A program made the position numbers and the translations under genes. A stretch of DNA of 64,000 nt from the NCBI GenBank assembly GCA_964016885.1, contig OZ024741.1, positions 34,472,001 through 34,536,000 on the forward strand, read 5' to 3'. The DNA is from Eledone cirrhosa (Eukaryota). Within the stretch, counting starts at the first letter, position 1; every line of letters starts with the position of its first letter. Positions 43,197-54,022 of this stretch are shown piece by piece. Below the pieces are notes generated by a model that was not told the origin of the DNA, searched no databases, and saw only the letters and a list, made by a program, of their open reading frames with translations.

Positions 43197-43243
43197 TGCT
43201 CCGATGATTCCAAACGAAAGTTTGGAAGAAACGATTGTCAGCA
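43197..43243 (+). ncRNA. Type-I hammerhead motif with U4C substitution
   Basis: tgct CCGATGA ttccaaac gaaa gtttggaa GAAAC gatt GTC agca, then AATAAA. Confidence 0.7.
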
Positions 43244-43279
43244 ATAAAATGATTTGAACATAACTTTGATAATTGTGTA

Positions 43280-43593
43280 ATTTATATATATACATATAGA
43301 TACTTATATATACATATATATACATATATACACATATATACATATATACACATATATACATATACACACACATATATTCACATACACACACATATATACA
43401 CATATACACACACACATATATATATATACATATACAAACACATATACACACACACATATATATATATATACACATATACATATATATAAATATACGCATA
43501 AAAAGATATGTATATACACACACACACATATATATTTATATACATACATACATACATACACACACACATACACATATATATATATGCATACAT

Positions 43594-43627
<34 letters not shown>

Positions 43628-43630
43628 GTA

Positions 43631-43724
<94 letters not shown>

Positions 43725-43725
43725 T
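43280..43725. repeat. (TA)n/(CA)n/(CATA)n microsatellite
   Basis: Direct reading. Confidence 0.95.
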
Positions 43726-43789
43726 ATATTGTAGGTCGCTTTAACCCGTCTTTTATTATTCAAAAAACTTCTTGCCAATAAACATTAAC

Positions 43790-44400
43790 CCTTTGTGCGC
43801 CATTCATCTAACTGTAGACCAACAAATACCAACTAAACGGAGCGTTGACAAGAACGATGGCGAATGGATCTTCGGGGTAATCAGTTTCCTCCCGAGCTGC
43901 TACACCTTTTCGTAATAATACCGAACAACGTACTGCTGGTCACTCCTTCCTCCAAAAGCCGTACAAAGCGGGCATGTGTATCGGGTGCAAATCTACACCA
44001 GGCCTACGCGAGAAATTCGCAAGGGACTTCATCGAGAGGTATAGAGAGAAAGAGTAACTTAGTGGAAAGAGTGCGAATTAACTTTTGAGGTAAGTAGCCT
44101 ACGCCTTACTGCTATTGCACCGGAACCTTCTGCCAACTTAACCTGTGACTTTCTCTTTCACATTTACTCCAAAAGGCCAAAGCAGAGGAGTATGAAAAGA
44201 AGGGTCTCAACAATATTTCTATGAACAATGCACGTAGACAGCTAAACTGTACTTTCAACTTCTTAATTTTCTCCAAATAAAACAAGTTTCCTGTCGGTAT
44301 ATTTTCGTGAGTTTTTAACAGGCACTCACAAATAAACGTTTCTCATTGGAGGTGTTATTACCAATGTTCTTACCCGTGCAACGCCGGGATTCACTGCTAG
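43790..44400 (+). mobile_element. Helitron 3' portion
   Basis: Ends in the hairpin cccgtgcaacgccggg followed by CTAG^T at 44397-44400; left boundary uncertain. Confidence 0.65.
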
Positions 44401-44576
44401 TATATATATATATAGTGTGTAACGTTTTTCGAAATATTTACTTCTGCGTACACAGATTGATATTTTTAGTTTCAGAAGGTCCCATTAAGGGTGAAAGCAG
44501 CGATTATTTGCTTAAACTTTAATCTGTTATTTTAATATATATTGAAAATTGCAAACTTGACTGTCACCACACAATA

Positions 44577-44615
44577 TGAACCTGAAGAATGTGAAAGCAT
44601 GAAAGTACTTGTTCA
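44577..44615 (+). ncRNA. Minimal type-I hammerhead motif
   Basis: tgaac CTGAAGA atgt gaaa gcat GAAA gtac TT gttca; 5-bp stem I and palindromic AGTACT stem III. Confidence 0.7.
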
Positions 44616-44767
44616 ATTAATACTTAACATTTAATATTCTACCATACTAATTCATTCTAATACCATTATAAATTATAAAGGATTGTAAATAAAACGAGTA
44701 AATCAGACAAAGTTGGAATTCCTTTTATTAATATAATCTTCTATATACAATCATACACACCCGTGTA

Positions 44768-44816
<49 letters not shown>

Positions 44817-44856
44817 ACAGGAGGCTGGACTGGTGTAAATTCTTGAAAGGTTTATT

Positions 44857-44914
44857 ATACTATGATCATTTCAATGACCGGGTTCCATATGAATCCGGTG
44901 ATATCATCAGGTAT
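44857..44914 (-). ncRNA. Type-I hammerhead motif (left arm)
   Basis: Minus strand reads atac CTGATGA tatcaccggattcatatggaacccggtcatt GAAA t gatc a TA gtat AATAAA. Confidence 0.75.
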
Positions 44915-45076
44915 TGGAATATAACAAAGGAATGTGTAAAAAAAACCATGGGTCCGAAAAATCAGAGACAGAGACAAAGAGGACGACTGACCAGCTAGTT
45001 GGTCAGTCGTCCTCTTTGTCTCTGTATCTGATTTTTCGGACCCATGGTCTTTTACATATTCCTTTGTTATATTCCA

Positions 45077-45134
45077 ATACCTGATGATATCACAGGATTC
45101 ATATGGAACCCGGTCATTGAAATGATCATAGTAT
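45077..45134 (+). ncRNA. Type-I hammerhead motif (right arm)
   Basis: atac CTGATGA ... GAAA t gatc a TA gtat AATAAA. Confidence 0.75.
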
Positions 45135-45396
45135 AATAAACCTTTCAAGGATTTACACCAGTTCAGCCTCCTGTTATTTTATTTATAATTAACTCCGTAT
45201 TCGCACCACCAACTACACAAACGAAGACGGGTGAACTACACTACGTTGAGTACTCTCCACAATATTACACCAAGATTGACCATACGGAATGACCAGTTCT
45301 ATCCAGTGGTGAACCAACAAACCTAAAGATATATATATATATGTAAAATCAACTAAAATAAATAAGTCAAATATTTAAAATTTGGCTTCGTTTATT

Positions 45397-45451
45397 ACTG
45401 CTATATATATTTCGGTGACAGCCACCTTTGGCTGTGACCTCTTCAGGCAGT
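45397..45451 (-). ncRNA. Type-I hammerhead motif
   Basis: Minus strand reads actgc CTGAAGA ggtcacagccaaaggtggctgtcacc GAAA t atat a TA gcagt AATAAA. Confidence 0.85.
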
Positions 45452-46314
45452 CCGAATTAGTGTGGTAGAGACGAGTACACGTGTTGTTGAGGTGTTTAAC
45501 TTTGTCAATACTCTGATATGCCCAGTTCCTGGTTGGGTTGTTATTTCACTGAGGAACTGGAATCATATGAATTTAAACAAACGAATTTCAGCGTCAGAGG
45601 ACATCCCCTCCTCTCATTGGTCAGTTTTGAGAACATTCCTCAGTCAAAAGTCTATAGAAATGGTGACATGATGGATGCAAACACACACAGATACTTCTAA
45701 AATCAGCAGCAGCAAGACCTAGGCTGACCGCAGCACCAACACCACTACCAAAATAAGGATAGAGGCCAGATGTACTTAACAATAGCAAAAACAAACACTA
45801 AAGATAGCCTCACCCCAGAAAGAATTTCTATAGACTGTTGACTGAGGAATGCTCTCACAACTGACCAATGGGAAGCGTGGATCTTACAAATCTTTCTAAC
45901 TTTGAGATTGGTTATAACACATACACATTTTATTTGATTATCTTATTTTATTCTCTTACCATATTATTCCTTCTACCATTTTATCATTTTATCATTTTTT
46001 TGAGCTGACTCCAACACCAACACCACTAACAACATAAGTGTAGAGGTCAGATGTACTTAACAATAACAAGAACAACCACAACAGATTGCCTCGCCTCAGA
46101 ACGAAATTCTATAGACTTTTGACTGAGGAATGTTTTCACAACTGACCAATGAGAAGAGGGGATGTCCTCTGACGCTGAAATTCGTTTGTTTAAATTCATA
46201 TGATTCCAGTTCCTCAGTGAAATAACAACCCAACCAGGAACTGGGCATATCAGAGTATTGACAAAGTTAAACACCTCAACAACATGTGTACTCGTCTCTA
46301 CCACACTAATTCGG

Positions 46315-46369
46315 ACTGCCTGAAGAGGTCACAGTCAAAGGTGGCTGTCACCGAAATATATATAGCAGT
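46315..46369 (+). ncRNA. Type-I hammerhead motif
   Basis: actgc CTGAAGA ggtcacagtcaaaggtggctgtcacc GAAA t atat a TA gcagt AATAAA; 5-bp stem I, ~10-bp stem II. Confidence 0.85.
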
Positions 46370-46516
46370 AATAAACGAAGCCAAATTTTAAATATTTGAC
46401 TTATTTATTTTAGTTTATTTTACATTACTCCGGAGTAACCAAACCAACCTGCGCACTTCGTCGAGTGCTCCAATCTGCATACTGAGGTGTTGGTATACAA
46501 CCAACATATACTCAAA

Positions 46517-46577
<61 letters not shown>

Positions 46578-47304
46578 TATATTCGTGTACAGATATTTTT
46601 GCATACACAATAACAAAATATAAACAAACGTATTTATTTCATGATGTTCGATAAGGATAAATATATATGAAATATATAAGAACCCTAGAGCAAATCCCGA
46701 GCAACGCCGGGCAATTCTGCTAGTATATATCTAAAACAGAGAATGTCTGTCTGTCTCCCTAAAACTCGAGAACCACCCAACCGATTGTTTTCAAACTTTA
46801 CACATGTAATACTTATGTGAGTGTTTTGAGCAAAAAATATTTCGAATTTTCAATGCCCTGGTGACCGCATTAGGCGATTTAGCGATTTCTCTCTATAATT
46901 CTTAGTCTTTCTTTTTAGATAGATACATAGATATAACATTGCGCCCTTATAATATCTGTCTGTATGTCTGCATTACGACATTATGACGCCATGTGTGTGT
47001 GTATATGTATATATAGTGTGTGTGTGTGTATATATAGTGTGTAACGTTTTTTCGAAATATTTACTTCTGCGTTCACAGATTGATTTTTTTTAGTTTCAGA
47101 AGATCCCGTTAAGGGTGAAAGCAGCGATTCTTTGCTTAAACTTTAATCTGTTATTTTAATATATATATATATATATGTAGGAGGTGAGTTTTATTGTAGT
47201 ACAATAAAGCAATGCAGATATCGGATAAGAAGCACTCTACAGTTTGTAGGACTGAAGTATACATAATATATAAGATCAAAAGATGGTTAAAGGAGTTCCA
47301 TGTA

Positions 47305-47371
47305 TTTTATTATGCGCATTTCAAAAACAAACATCATCATGCAATAATATTTGTGTTTTCATCAGATAAAA
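47305..47371 (-). ncRNA. Type-I hammerhead motif (left arm)
   Basis: Reverse complement of 47502-47568. Confidence 0.8.
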
Positions 47372-47501
47372 CAGGAGGACATGATATGAAGGCTAAAAAA
47401 CACTTGTGGATAGTGCAGTTTTAAATCAACATATCATGATATGTTGATTTAAAACTGCACTATACACAAGTGTTTTTTAGCCTTCATATCATGTCCTCCT
47501 G

Positions 47502-47568
47502 TTTTATCTGATGAAAACACAAATATTATTGCATGATGATGTTTGTTTTTGAAATGCGCATAATAAAA
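47502..47568 (+). ncRNA. Type-I hammerhead motif (right arm)
   Basis: ttttat CTGATGA aaacacaaatattattgcatgatgatgtttgttttt GAAA t gcgc a TA ataaaa; 6-bp stem I. Confidence 0.8.
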
Positions 47569-47600
47569 TACATGGAACTCCTTTAACCATCTTTTGATCT

Positions 47601-47634
<34 letters not shown>

Positions 47635-48027
47635 TAGTGGACAGATATTTTTGCATACACAATAACAAAATATAAACAAAAGTATTTATTTCGCGATAAA
47701 GTGTTGATTTTCTTCGCACGGAAAAAAAAAACTTGTAATCCACGACGAATTCTTTTTATAAGCACAACATGTAGACACTATCAAGAGGCCGAGGTATTCC
47801 GTACTTCTCTGTACTGTTTCAGAAAGGAGGGATAAACATGCCAATCGATGTTTAGAATGCAGAGCAACGCCGGGTCATTCTGCTAGTATTTATTAAAATA
47901 ACAAATTAAAGTTTAAGCAAATAATCGCTGTTTTCACCCTTAACGGGATCTTTTCTTATATATTTGATATATATTTATCCTTATCGAGCCCTCTTTGGAT
48001 TTTAGTCTTCGTATTTATTATTATTAT

Positions 48028-48062
<35 letters not shown>

Positions 48063-48608
48063 CATATATACACATATATGCACACACACACAAGTGTGTG
48101 TGCGTGTGCTGAAAAGGTTAAATCTTATTCCTTGGGTTTTGACAAATGGAATTATTAACATCAATTCCAATGATTATAATATCTATGATGACAAAACAAT
48201 TAGAAAAAAATAGCTAGAATATTTTTTTTAATAATTAAGATATACACTTACGCACAAAACATAATGATGTTTCTTAGACTTTAAAGTGAGTGAAAGAATC
48301 CAGGAGAGAGATTCATCTTTGAAGAGGTTGAAAGTTCATATCACACACACATACACACACACATATTCATATATACACTGAAAAGAAAGAAATATACAAA
48401 GAGAGAAAGAGAGAGAGAGAGAGGAGTGAATGAGTTAGAAAGAGATAGAAAGTTAGTAAAGAGAAACAGAGAGAGAGACTGACATTTTTATAACAGCTGG
48501 ATGTTACAACTGACCTGTTACACTCTCCCCTAACCCCATAAATGGCCAAGGAATTGAATTATTTTTGAATGGATAAATTTCACTTTCTGTCTCACATCCT
48601 CTTTCTCT

Positions 48609-48652
<44 letters not shown>

Positions 48653-48699
48653 CACCCCCAACACAAGCACCAGAGAAGAAACCACATACTATACACAGA

Positions 48700-49100
48700 C
48701 AAACTGCAACTGCAGAAATCCCAGCAATTGTCCATTATCAGGTAAATACTTGTACAAAAATATGTGTAGTAAAATCTAAACTGAGAGTATATAAATATGT
48801 GGGTGCCACTTCGAGCATTTTCAAGAAAAGATGGCATATGCACACCCACACGTTTAAAAATCCCAGTTTAGCTAGATCTGCGGCCCTGGTGAAAAGAATC
48901 TGGCATCTGAAGCACACAATATTGAATACACACTACATTAGTCCTTGCTAAAATTTGCTGGTCTATACCGGAATGAAAGATGCCCCTGTGAACTATGTTT
49001 GGCAGAGATAATTGAAATAGTGACCAAAAAGGACCTTCTAAATTCTTGGCACGATAGGATATTTAATTGCAAACAAGGTTCTAAAAACCTTTGCTAAATA
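48700..49100 (+). mobile_element. Penelope-like (Neptune-type) GIY-YIG endonuclease remnant
   Basis: CNCRNPSNCPLSGK, KYVGATSSIFKKRWHMHTHTF, LVKRIWHLK and CELCLAE...LLN...FNC, interrupted by stops and frameshifts. Confidence 0.8.
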
Positions 49101-49192
49101 CAAACTGGACCAGAAGAAGATTCGATCCCTAATAGCTAGATTTTACTACATTTCCAATGGCATTTGAGCTTTTCAGACCCATGGATTCAGTA

Positions 49193-49580
49193 ATCATCAT
49201 CATCATCATCATTTTACGTCCGCTTTTCCCTGCTTGCAAGGGTGGGACGGGAACCGATTCTGGCTTGATTTTTACAGCTGGATGCCCTTCCTAACACCAA
49301 CCTCATTTACAGTGAGTGCTGGGTGCTTTTTTTCCGTGGCACCTACATGTCCATTTTACAGTGTGGGCTGGGTGCTTTTTTGCCATGGCACCTCCACAAC
49401 CACTTTGCAGTGGAATGATAGGGACCCCAGTCCTATCATCTCATTTCTACAGATGAGTAAACTGGAGTAATGTGAAATAAAGTGCCTTGCTCAAGGAAAC
49501 AACACATCACCTGGTCTGAGAATTGAACTCACAATCTTTCGATTGCAAGCCCAATGCTCTAACCACTAAGCCATGTGCCT
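49193..49580 (-). mobile_element. Full-length CORE-type tRNA SINE with RTE-derived (GAT)n tail
   Basis: Reverse complement of the 52706-53018 family. Confidence 0.9.
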
Positions 49581-49920
49581 CTATCATATTCAAAACAATC
49601 TAATTTTCTTAATTCCTTTCCTCCTTACCCACTCTAGCCTATTCTTAATTTCTACCCTTTCTTTTTCTGTCCCTCTTTTTATACCTTCTCTACCCTCTTG
49701 ACCATATATGGTAAACAACTTCACCCATACCAATGGTCAAAGAATAATTGTTCCACATCGAAGCACACAGATTGATAGTATGAAACTCTTTACCCCCACT
49801 CCCTCTCCTCTCTACTATTATACTAACTGACTGTATTTCATGCCATTTTTAACTTATTTACATTTTCTTAAATGAAAATCCTATTGTCACGTAGTGAATA
49901 GTTGAATTCTACTATTATAG

Positions 49921-50032
49921 GCTTTCTGATGAAGTGTAATAAATAATTAAGTATTGCATATGATTGAAAAATATATATTGTAGTCAGCATTTGTAGACAA
50001 TTTATAATAGACACGGAAACATATGTCAAAGC
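49921..50032 (+). ncRNA. Type-I hammerhead motif with ~83-nt stem II domain
   Basis: gcttt CTGATGA agtgt...acacg GAAAC atat GTC aaagc, then AATAAA. Confidence 0.7.
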
Positions 50033-50755
50033 AAATAAATTCCTAATCTCTTCATGCTAACGTTTTATTTTTCTTGGTGTAATACTTACTTATATATATA
50101 TAAATTTAGAGAAAGAAAGAGAGTGAAATTTAACAGGTCAATGGTACTGTCCCCACTCATGACCACTGATGGGTGTATATATATATGGTCAGGGCGTTGG
50201 CGACTAAACTGGCAACCCCACCAAGCTTGGGTGATATTTGGACATCCTGTGGGATGAAATACAAGACCTGTCCAAGGCCAGAGGAACTTGGCAGAGTCAA
50301 CAGCCATCCAAATATTACTTTTTTTTTTTTGCCTGGTAGTGAAAGGCCCCCAGTTGTTTTCACAACACCTTTCTAAGAGAGGGAACCTCTGAAAAAAAAC
50401 CCAGTGGCTTCAAAAGCATCCGATGATGTTGACCAGTTCTCCTTTTCGGGTAGTGTTTTTGATGCTCAGAGTATGATTAGTCGAGTGCAAGGCCTTTCCC
50501 CACTTAAAAAACCTTCAAAGCACAGGCATTACTTGTTCAGAATCTGTTACAGGTTCGTGTGGCTGGCCATAGACTAAAAGTGCACCATTTTCTGTAATCT
50601 GACAAGCGATTGCAATACTCTTAGCAGAGTTTGCAGCCATCATATATATATATATTGTTCAATGAAAAAGAGTTAGTCGATTTAGAATCAGCTGACTTTT
50701 ATATAACAGATGTCAAGCACTCAATGGTATATGTTTATCTGGCGTTTTATTATAG

Positions 50756-50946
50756 TAATTGTTTCTACTTTTGGCACAAGGCCAGCAATTGCCCAGTACA
50801 TTACTGGTACTTTATTTTATCGATCCCGTAAGGATGAAAGGCAAAGTTAATCTCGGCGGGATTTGAACTCAGAATGGCAAGGGCGGTAACTCTATGCATC
50901 AAAGCATGGCGTCCGACCTTCTACCGATATTGCCAATCCACCGCCC
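50756..50946 (-). mobile_element. Nin-like tRNA SINE
   Basis: Matches 18781-18966. Confidence 0.9.
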
Positions 50947-51424
50947 TAATAATAATAATAAACGAAAGACAGTTACTTTAGTCCATCCCAATTTATTTTA
51001 TTATATGTATTTCGAAGATGCATAAGCCAAAACATGTTCTCTTCATATTCCTTTTCTTGGCAGAAATTTTCTCGTGCTTTACCTTATGAAAATGCATCTA
51101 TATCTAAGTGATGAGACCTTAGTACCACAGAGAGCCTCCACATCATTCATAATAGACAATTAATTATAAATAAATGCTCGGAAGTCTTCACAAGTTTAGC
51201 AAAACATTTCCTAGGGTATTTAGTAAAATTTTAAATAAAATTCAATAGACTATAAAATAAGTAATATAAAATTTCTTTATATATAGTTTTTAAGCTATTT
51301 TATTTTTAAATCGTTTATAAAGCTAAATAGACCAAATAAGTATTATCATTTTTGTTCATCATAACTTTTACATCTATTCTAATTAACTCTAATTAGTATA
51401 TAAGTGAATTAATTTTAATATAAA

Positions 51425-52391
51425 CTAGCAGTAAAGCCCGGCGTTGCTCGGGGTCGCTCAGTAGCTGTGTTAAAGTTACAATGTTAAGTTTCTTTCTTGG
51501 CTTAAAAACTGTAGTGTCTACTGTGCAGACTTGCATGTGGTGTTTTTGATTAATATTCCCTCAACCAACAATATGCCTTATGAAGTTAAGAAAACATAAC
51601 GATAACCCGAATGTTATAACAAAAGAGGATGCTGGGGATAGAAACTGCACTGGTTATTTATTAACAAAGATCGAAAATGTAAACACTGCAACGCAGAGAA
51701 AAACATTAGCGTAACCAAATTATCAGTTGTCTGTCTGCACGCCTATATCACCTCTCTGCACGACTGTCTGTCTGCACGCCTATATCACCTCTCTGCACGA
51801 CTGTCTGTCTGCACGCCTATATCACCTCTCTGCACGACTGTCTGTCTGCACGCCTATATCACCTCTCTGCACGACTGTTTGTCTGCACGCGTATATCACC
51901 TCTCTGCACGACTGTCTGTCTGCACGCCTAACGACGAAATATTTGCTTGTTTTACGTAGTCTTTAAATAGACTTGTTTTCAAGTAAAAATATTGTTTTAA
52001 AATGCTTTTAAATGGAAATGAAGCAAAACGGAAGCTTAGTGTTCGAACTGATGAATTTTGCAGGTCAATATTTTGCTGGCTCGACAACTGTTCGTGTATT
52101 GTGTTAATGTCATTTTAAACGCTGAGAAAGCCAGCGTAATTTTTTACGTAAGACGCTCAATGTAAACAGAACAAAGGGAAATAACTGATAACTTACGCTC
52201 AAAAATCGATACATTATATTCGATTTCGTCACATAGGGTGGGTCAATTTGAAATATTTTTTTTCCGATGTCTTCGCTAGGGCTCAATGTACAAGTATAGC
52301 AATTTCGGTGCAATTCCGTCAGAGATTCTAAGAGGAGATGTGTGCCAAAAATCGATAGACAGACAGACAACCACAGTTTTATATATATAGA
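51425..52391 (-). mobile_element. Complete non-autonomous Helitron (967 bp)
   Basis: Minus strand reads A^TCtatatatatataaaactgtggttgtctgtctgtc...cccgagcaacgccgggctttactgCTAG^T. Confidence 0.9.
51728..51929. repeat. 37-bp minisatellite (~5.5 copies) inside the Helitron
   Basis: Unit tgtctgtctgcacgcctatatcacctctctgcacgac. Confidence 0.95.
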
Positions 52392-53096
52392 TTGACAAAT
52401 TAGGCATTATAATACATGCATTTTTCCTTTGAACTAATTTATTAATCCTGTATCCTGATACCCTAGCCAGTTATAATATTTTAATATAAATTGATAAATT
52501 AGGCTATTATACACGCATTTTTCCTTTGAACTAAATTATTAATCCGGTATCCTGATACCCTAGCCAGTTATAAAAATAGCAACGCCAATTGTTAAATATT
52601 TTCTTCCACTCATATAATATTTTCTATCATAAAATTGTAAACATAGATAAATTAGGCTACAACAAATACATCTTTTCCTTTGAACCAATTGATTAATCCA
52701 TTAATGGAGGCACATGGCTTAGTGGTTAGAGCATTGGTCTTGCAATCAAAAGGTTGTGAGTTCAATTCTCAGACCGGGTGATGTGTTGTTTCCTTGAGCA
52801 ATACACTTTATTTCACATTGCTCCAGTTTACTCAGCTGTAAAAATGAGATGATAGGGACTGGGGTCCATATCATTCCACTGCAAAGTGGTCGTGGAGGTG
52901 CCACGGCAAAAAAGCACCCAGCACTCACTGTAAATGAGGTTGCAGAAATCAAGCCAGAATCAGTTCCCGTCCCACCCTTGCAAGTAGGGAAAAGCGGACG
53001 TAAAATGATGATGATGATGTTGATTAACATGATAACCTAGTCAGTTATAAAAATAGCAATGCCAATTCTAAATTTTTTTTCCCACTCATATAATAT
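52392..53096. repeat. ~100-150 bp tandem repeat (3 copies), third copy split by a SINE
   Basis: aaattaggc...tttcctttgaac...ttaatcc...gataccctagccagttataa repeated. Confidence 0.75.
52706..53018 (+). mobile_element. CORE-type tRNA SINE with RTE-like 3' tail
   Basis: A-box tggcttagtgg, B-box gagttcaattc, core ttccttgagcaatacactttatttcacattgctccag, (GAT)n tail; ttgattaa on both sides. Confidence 0.9.
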
Positions 53097-53556
53097 CTAC
53101 TAAATTAAATTGTCTACGAAATTAGTAATTTAAAAATTTGTCTTTATTATATAGTTACATTATTACTTTAGCATCTTCCAATATGTTTTTGGGTATAGTA
53201 TCTAATTTAATCTAACATAAGTTATAAATAAATAGACTAGTGGTCAATATTTGTTTTGATTTTTTTTACCAATCCAGTAATGTTCTTGCCAGTTCAAAAA
53301 CATCAATACCAATCGTAATATTTCTCCCACTTGTATAATACATTGTGTTGAGGTTTTTTCCAAGCATATACTTGCCGACCATGGATCTGAACAGCTCATC
53401 TGACCACCTGCATATCAAATGATTTCTACATCTCCTGTTGATTTTATCTGAAGAGAACATGTTTTGGCTTATGTTATACATGAGCCTGGCATTTTCGAAA
53501 TACATATAATAAAATAAATTGGGATGGACTAGAGTAACTACCTTTCGTTTATTATT

Positions 53557-53652
53557 ATTAACTTTGCCTTTCATCCTTACGGGGTCGATAAAATAAAGTA
53601 CCAGTAATGTACTGGTAATTGCTGGCCTTGTGCCAAAAGTAGAAACAATTAT
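53557..53652 (+). mobile_element. 5'-truncated Nin-like SINE
   Basis: ttaactttgcctttcatccttacggggtcgataaaataaagtacc. Confidence 0.85.
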
Positions 53653-53929
53653 TATTATATATATATATTGACAGAGAAAGAGAGAGATAATAATCTGTCC
53701 ATTCTTTCTTTAAGACACACACACAGCATTTGTGTGTAAATAAATGTTGACTACATGTAAGCGACACCAAATACTTTTTATAAGAATATTGTTCTGATAG
53801 CAATCTAATGTCTCTAAAGTTGAGGACATTTGATGAATCCGGCCCATATTAAGTAGGAGAAAGAAGACTAGACAAGTTTTCACACTTACTGGAGCGTTCA
53901 CTTGCATGGGCAGAATGACAGTAACAACC

Positions 53930-54022
53930 ACTCCGTTCCTCCCAATGCCCCCTTTTTCTCTACCACCATCCTAGGCCCCCAGTGCCCCCTGTGGACGGTA
54001 GCACCCACTTTGAGAACCACTG
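53930..54022. mobile_element. hAT-type terminal sequence
   Basis: Ends tttgagaaccactg (reverse complement CAGTGGTTCTCAAA), a typical hAT/Charlie TIR; partner TIR not located. Confidence 0.6.

Larger units (their letters stand above)
44809..45182. mobile_element. ~375-bp near-perfect palindrome carrying two inverted hammerheads
   Basis: Centre ctag at 44995-44998; arms differ at few positions; follows (TA)n. Confidence 0.9.
45341..46425. mobile_element. Inverted repeat (~320-bp arms 45341-45659 / 46107-46425) with a hammerhead near each outer end
   Basis: Mirror ORFs 45462+ and 46304- are nearly identical. The spacer has an extra partial direct copy (45735-45870 ~ 46015-46151). Confidence 0.9.
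44415..46723 (+). mobile_element. Partial non-autonomous Helitron interrupted by PLE/hammerhead inserts
   Basis: 44415-44540 matches 47036-47165 and 46589-46640 matches 47641-47692; ends cccgagcaacgccgggcaattctgCTAG. Confidence 0.65.
47263..47610. mobile_element. ~350-bp near-perfect palindrome carrying two inverted hammerheads
   Basis: Centre atatcatgatat at 47431-47442; mirror ORFs 47212+ and 47679-. Confidence 0.9.
46730..47886 (+). mobile_element. Non-autonomous Helitron with a palindromic hammerhead element in its (TA)n tract
   Basis: Starts TCtaaaacagagaatgtctgtctgtc; ends gagcaacgccgggtcattctgCTAG^T. Confidence 0.7.

Noticed and set aside
45462-47679. Duplicated ORF pairs on opposite strands as paralogous genes
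   Set aside because: They are mirror images produced by the inverted repeats.
52047-52100. CTGATGA in the Helitron body (also at ~16978 and ~40977 in LINE ORFs)
   Set aside because: No correctly placed GAAA...NUH or stem I; chance heptamers.
52706-52780. tRNA gene
   Set aside because: A and B boxes are present, but the sequence continues into a SINE core and RTE tail, and I could not fold a full cloverleaf.
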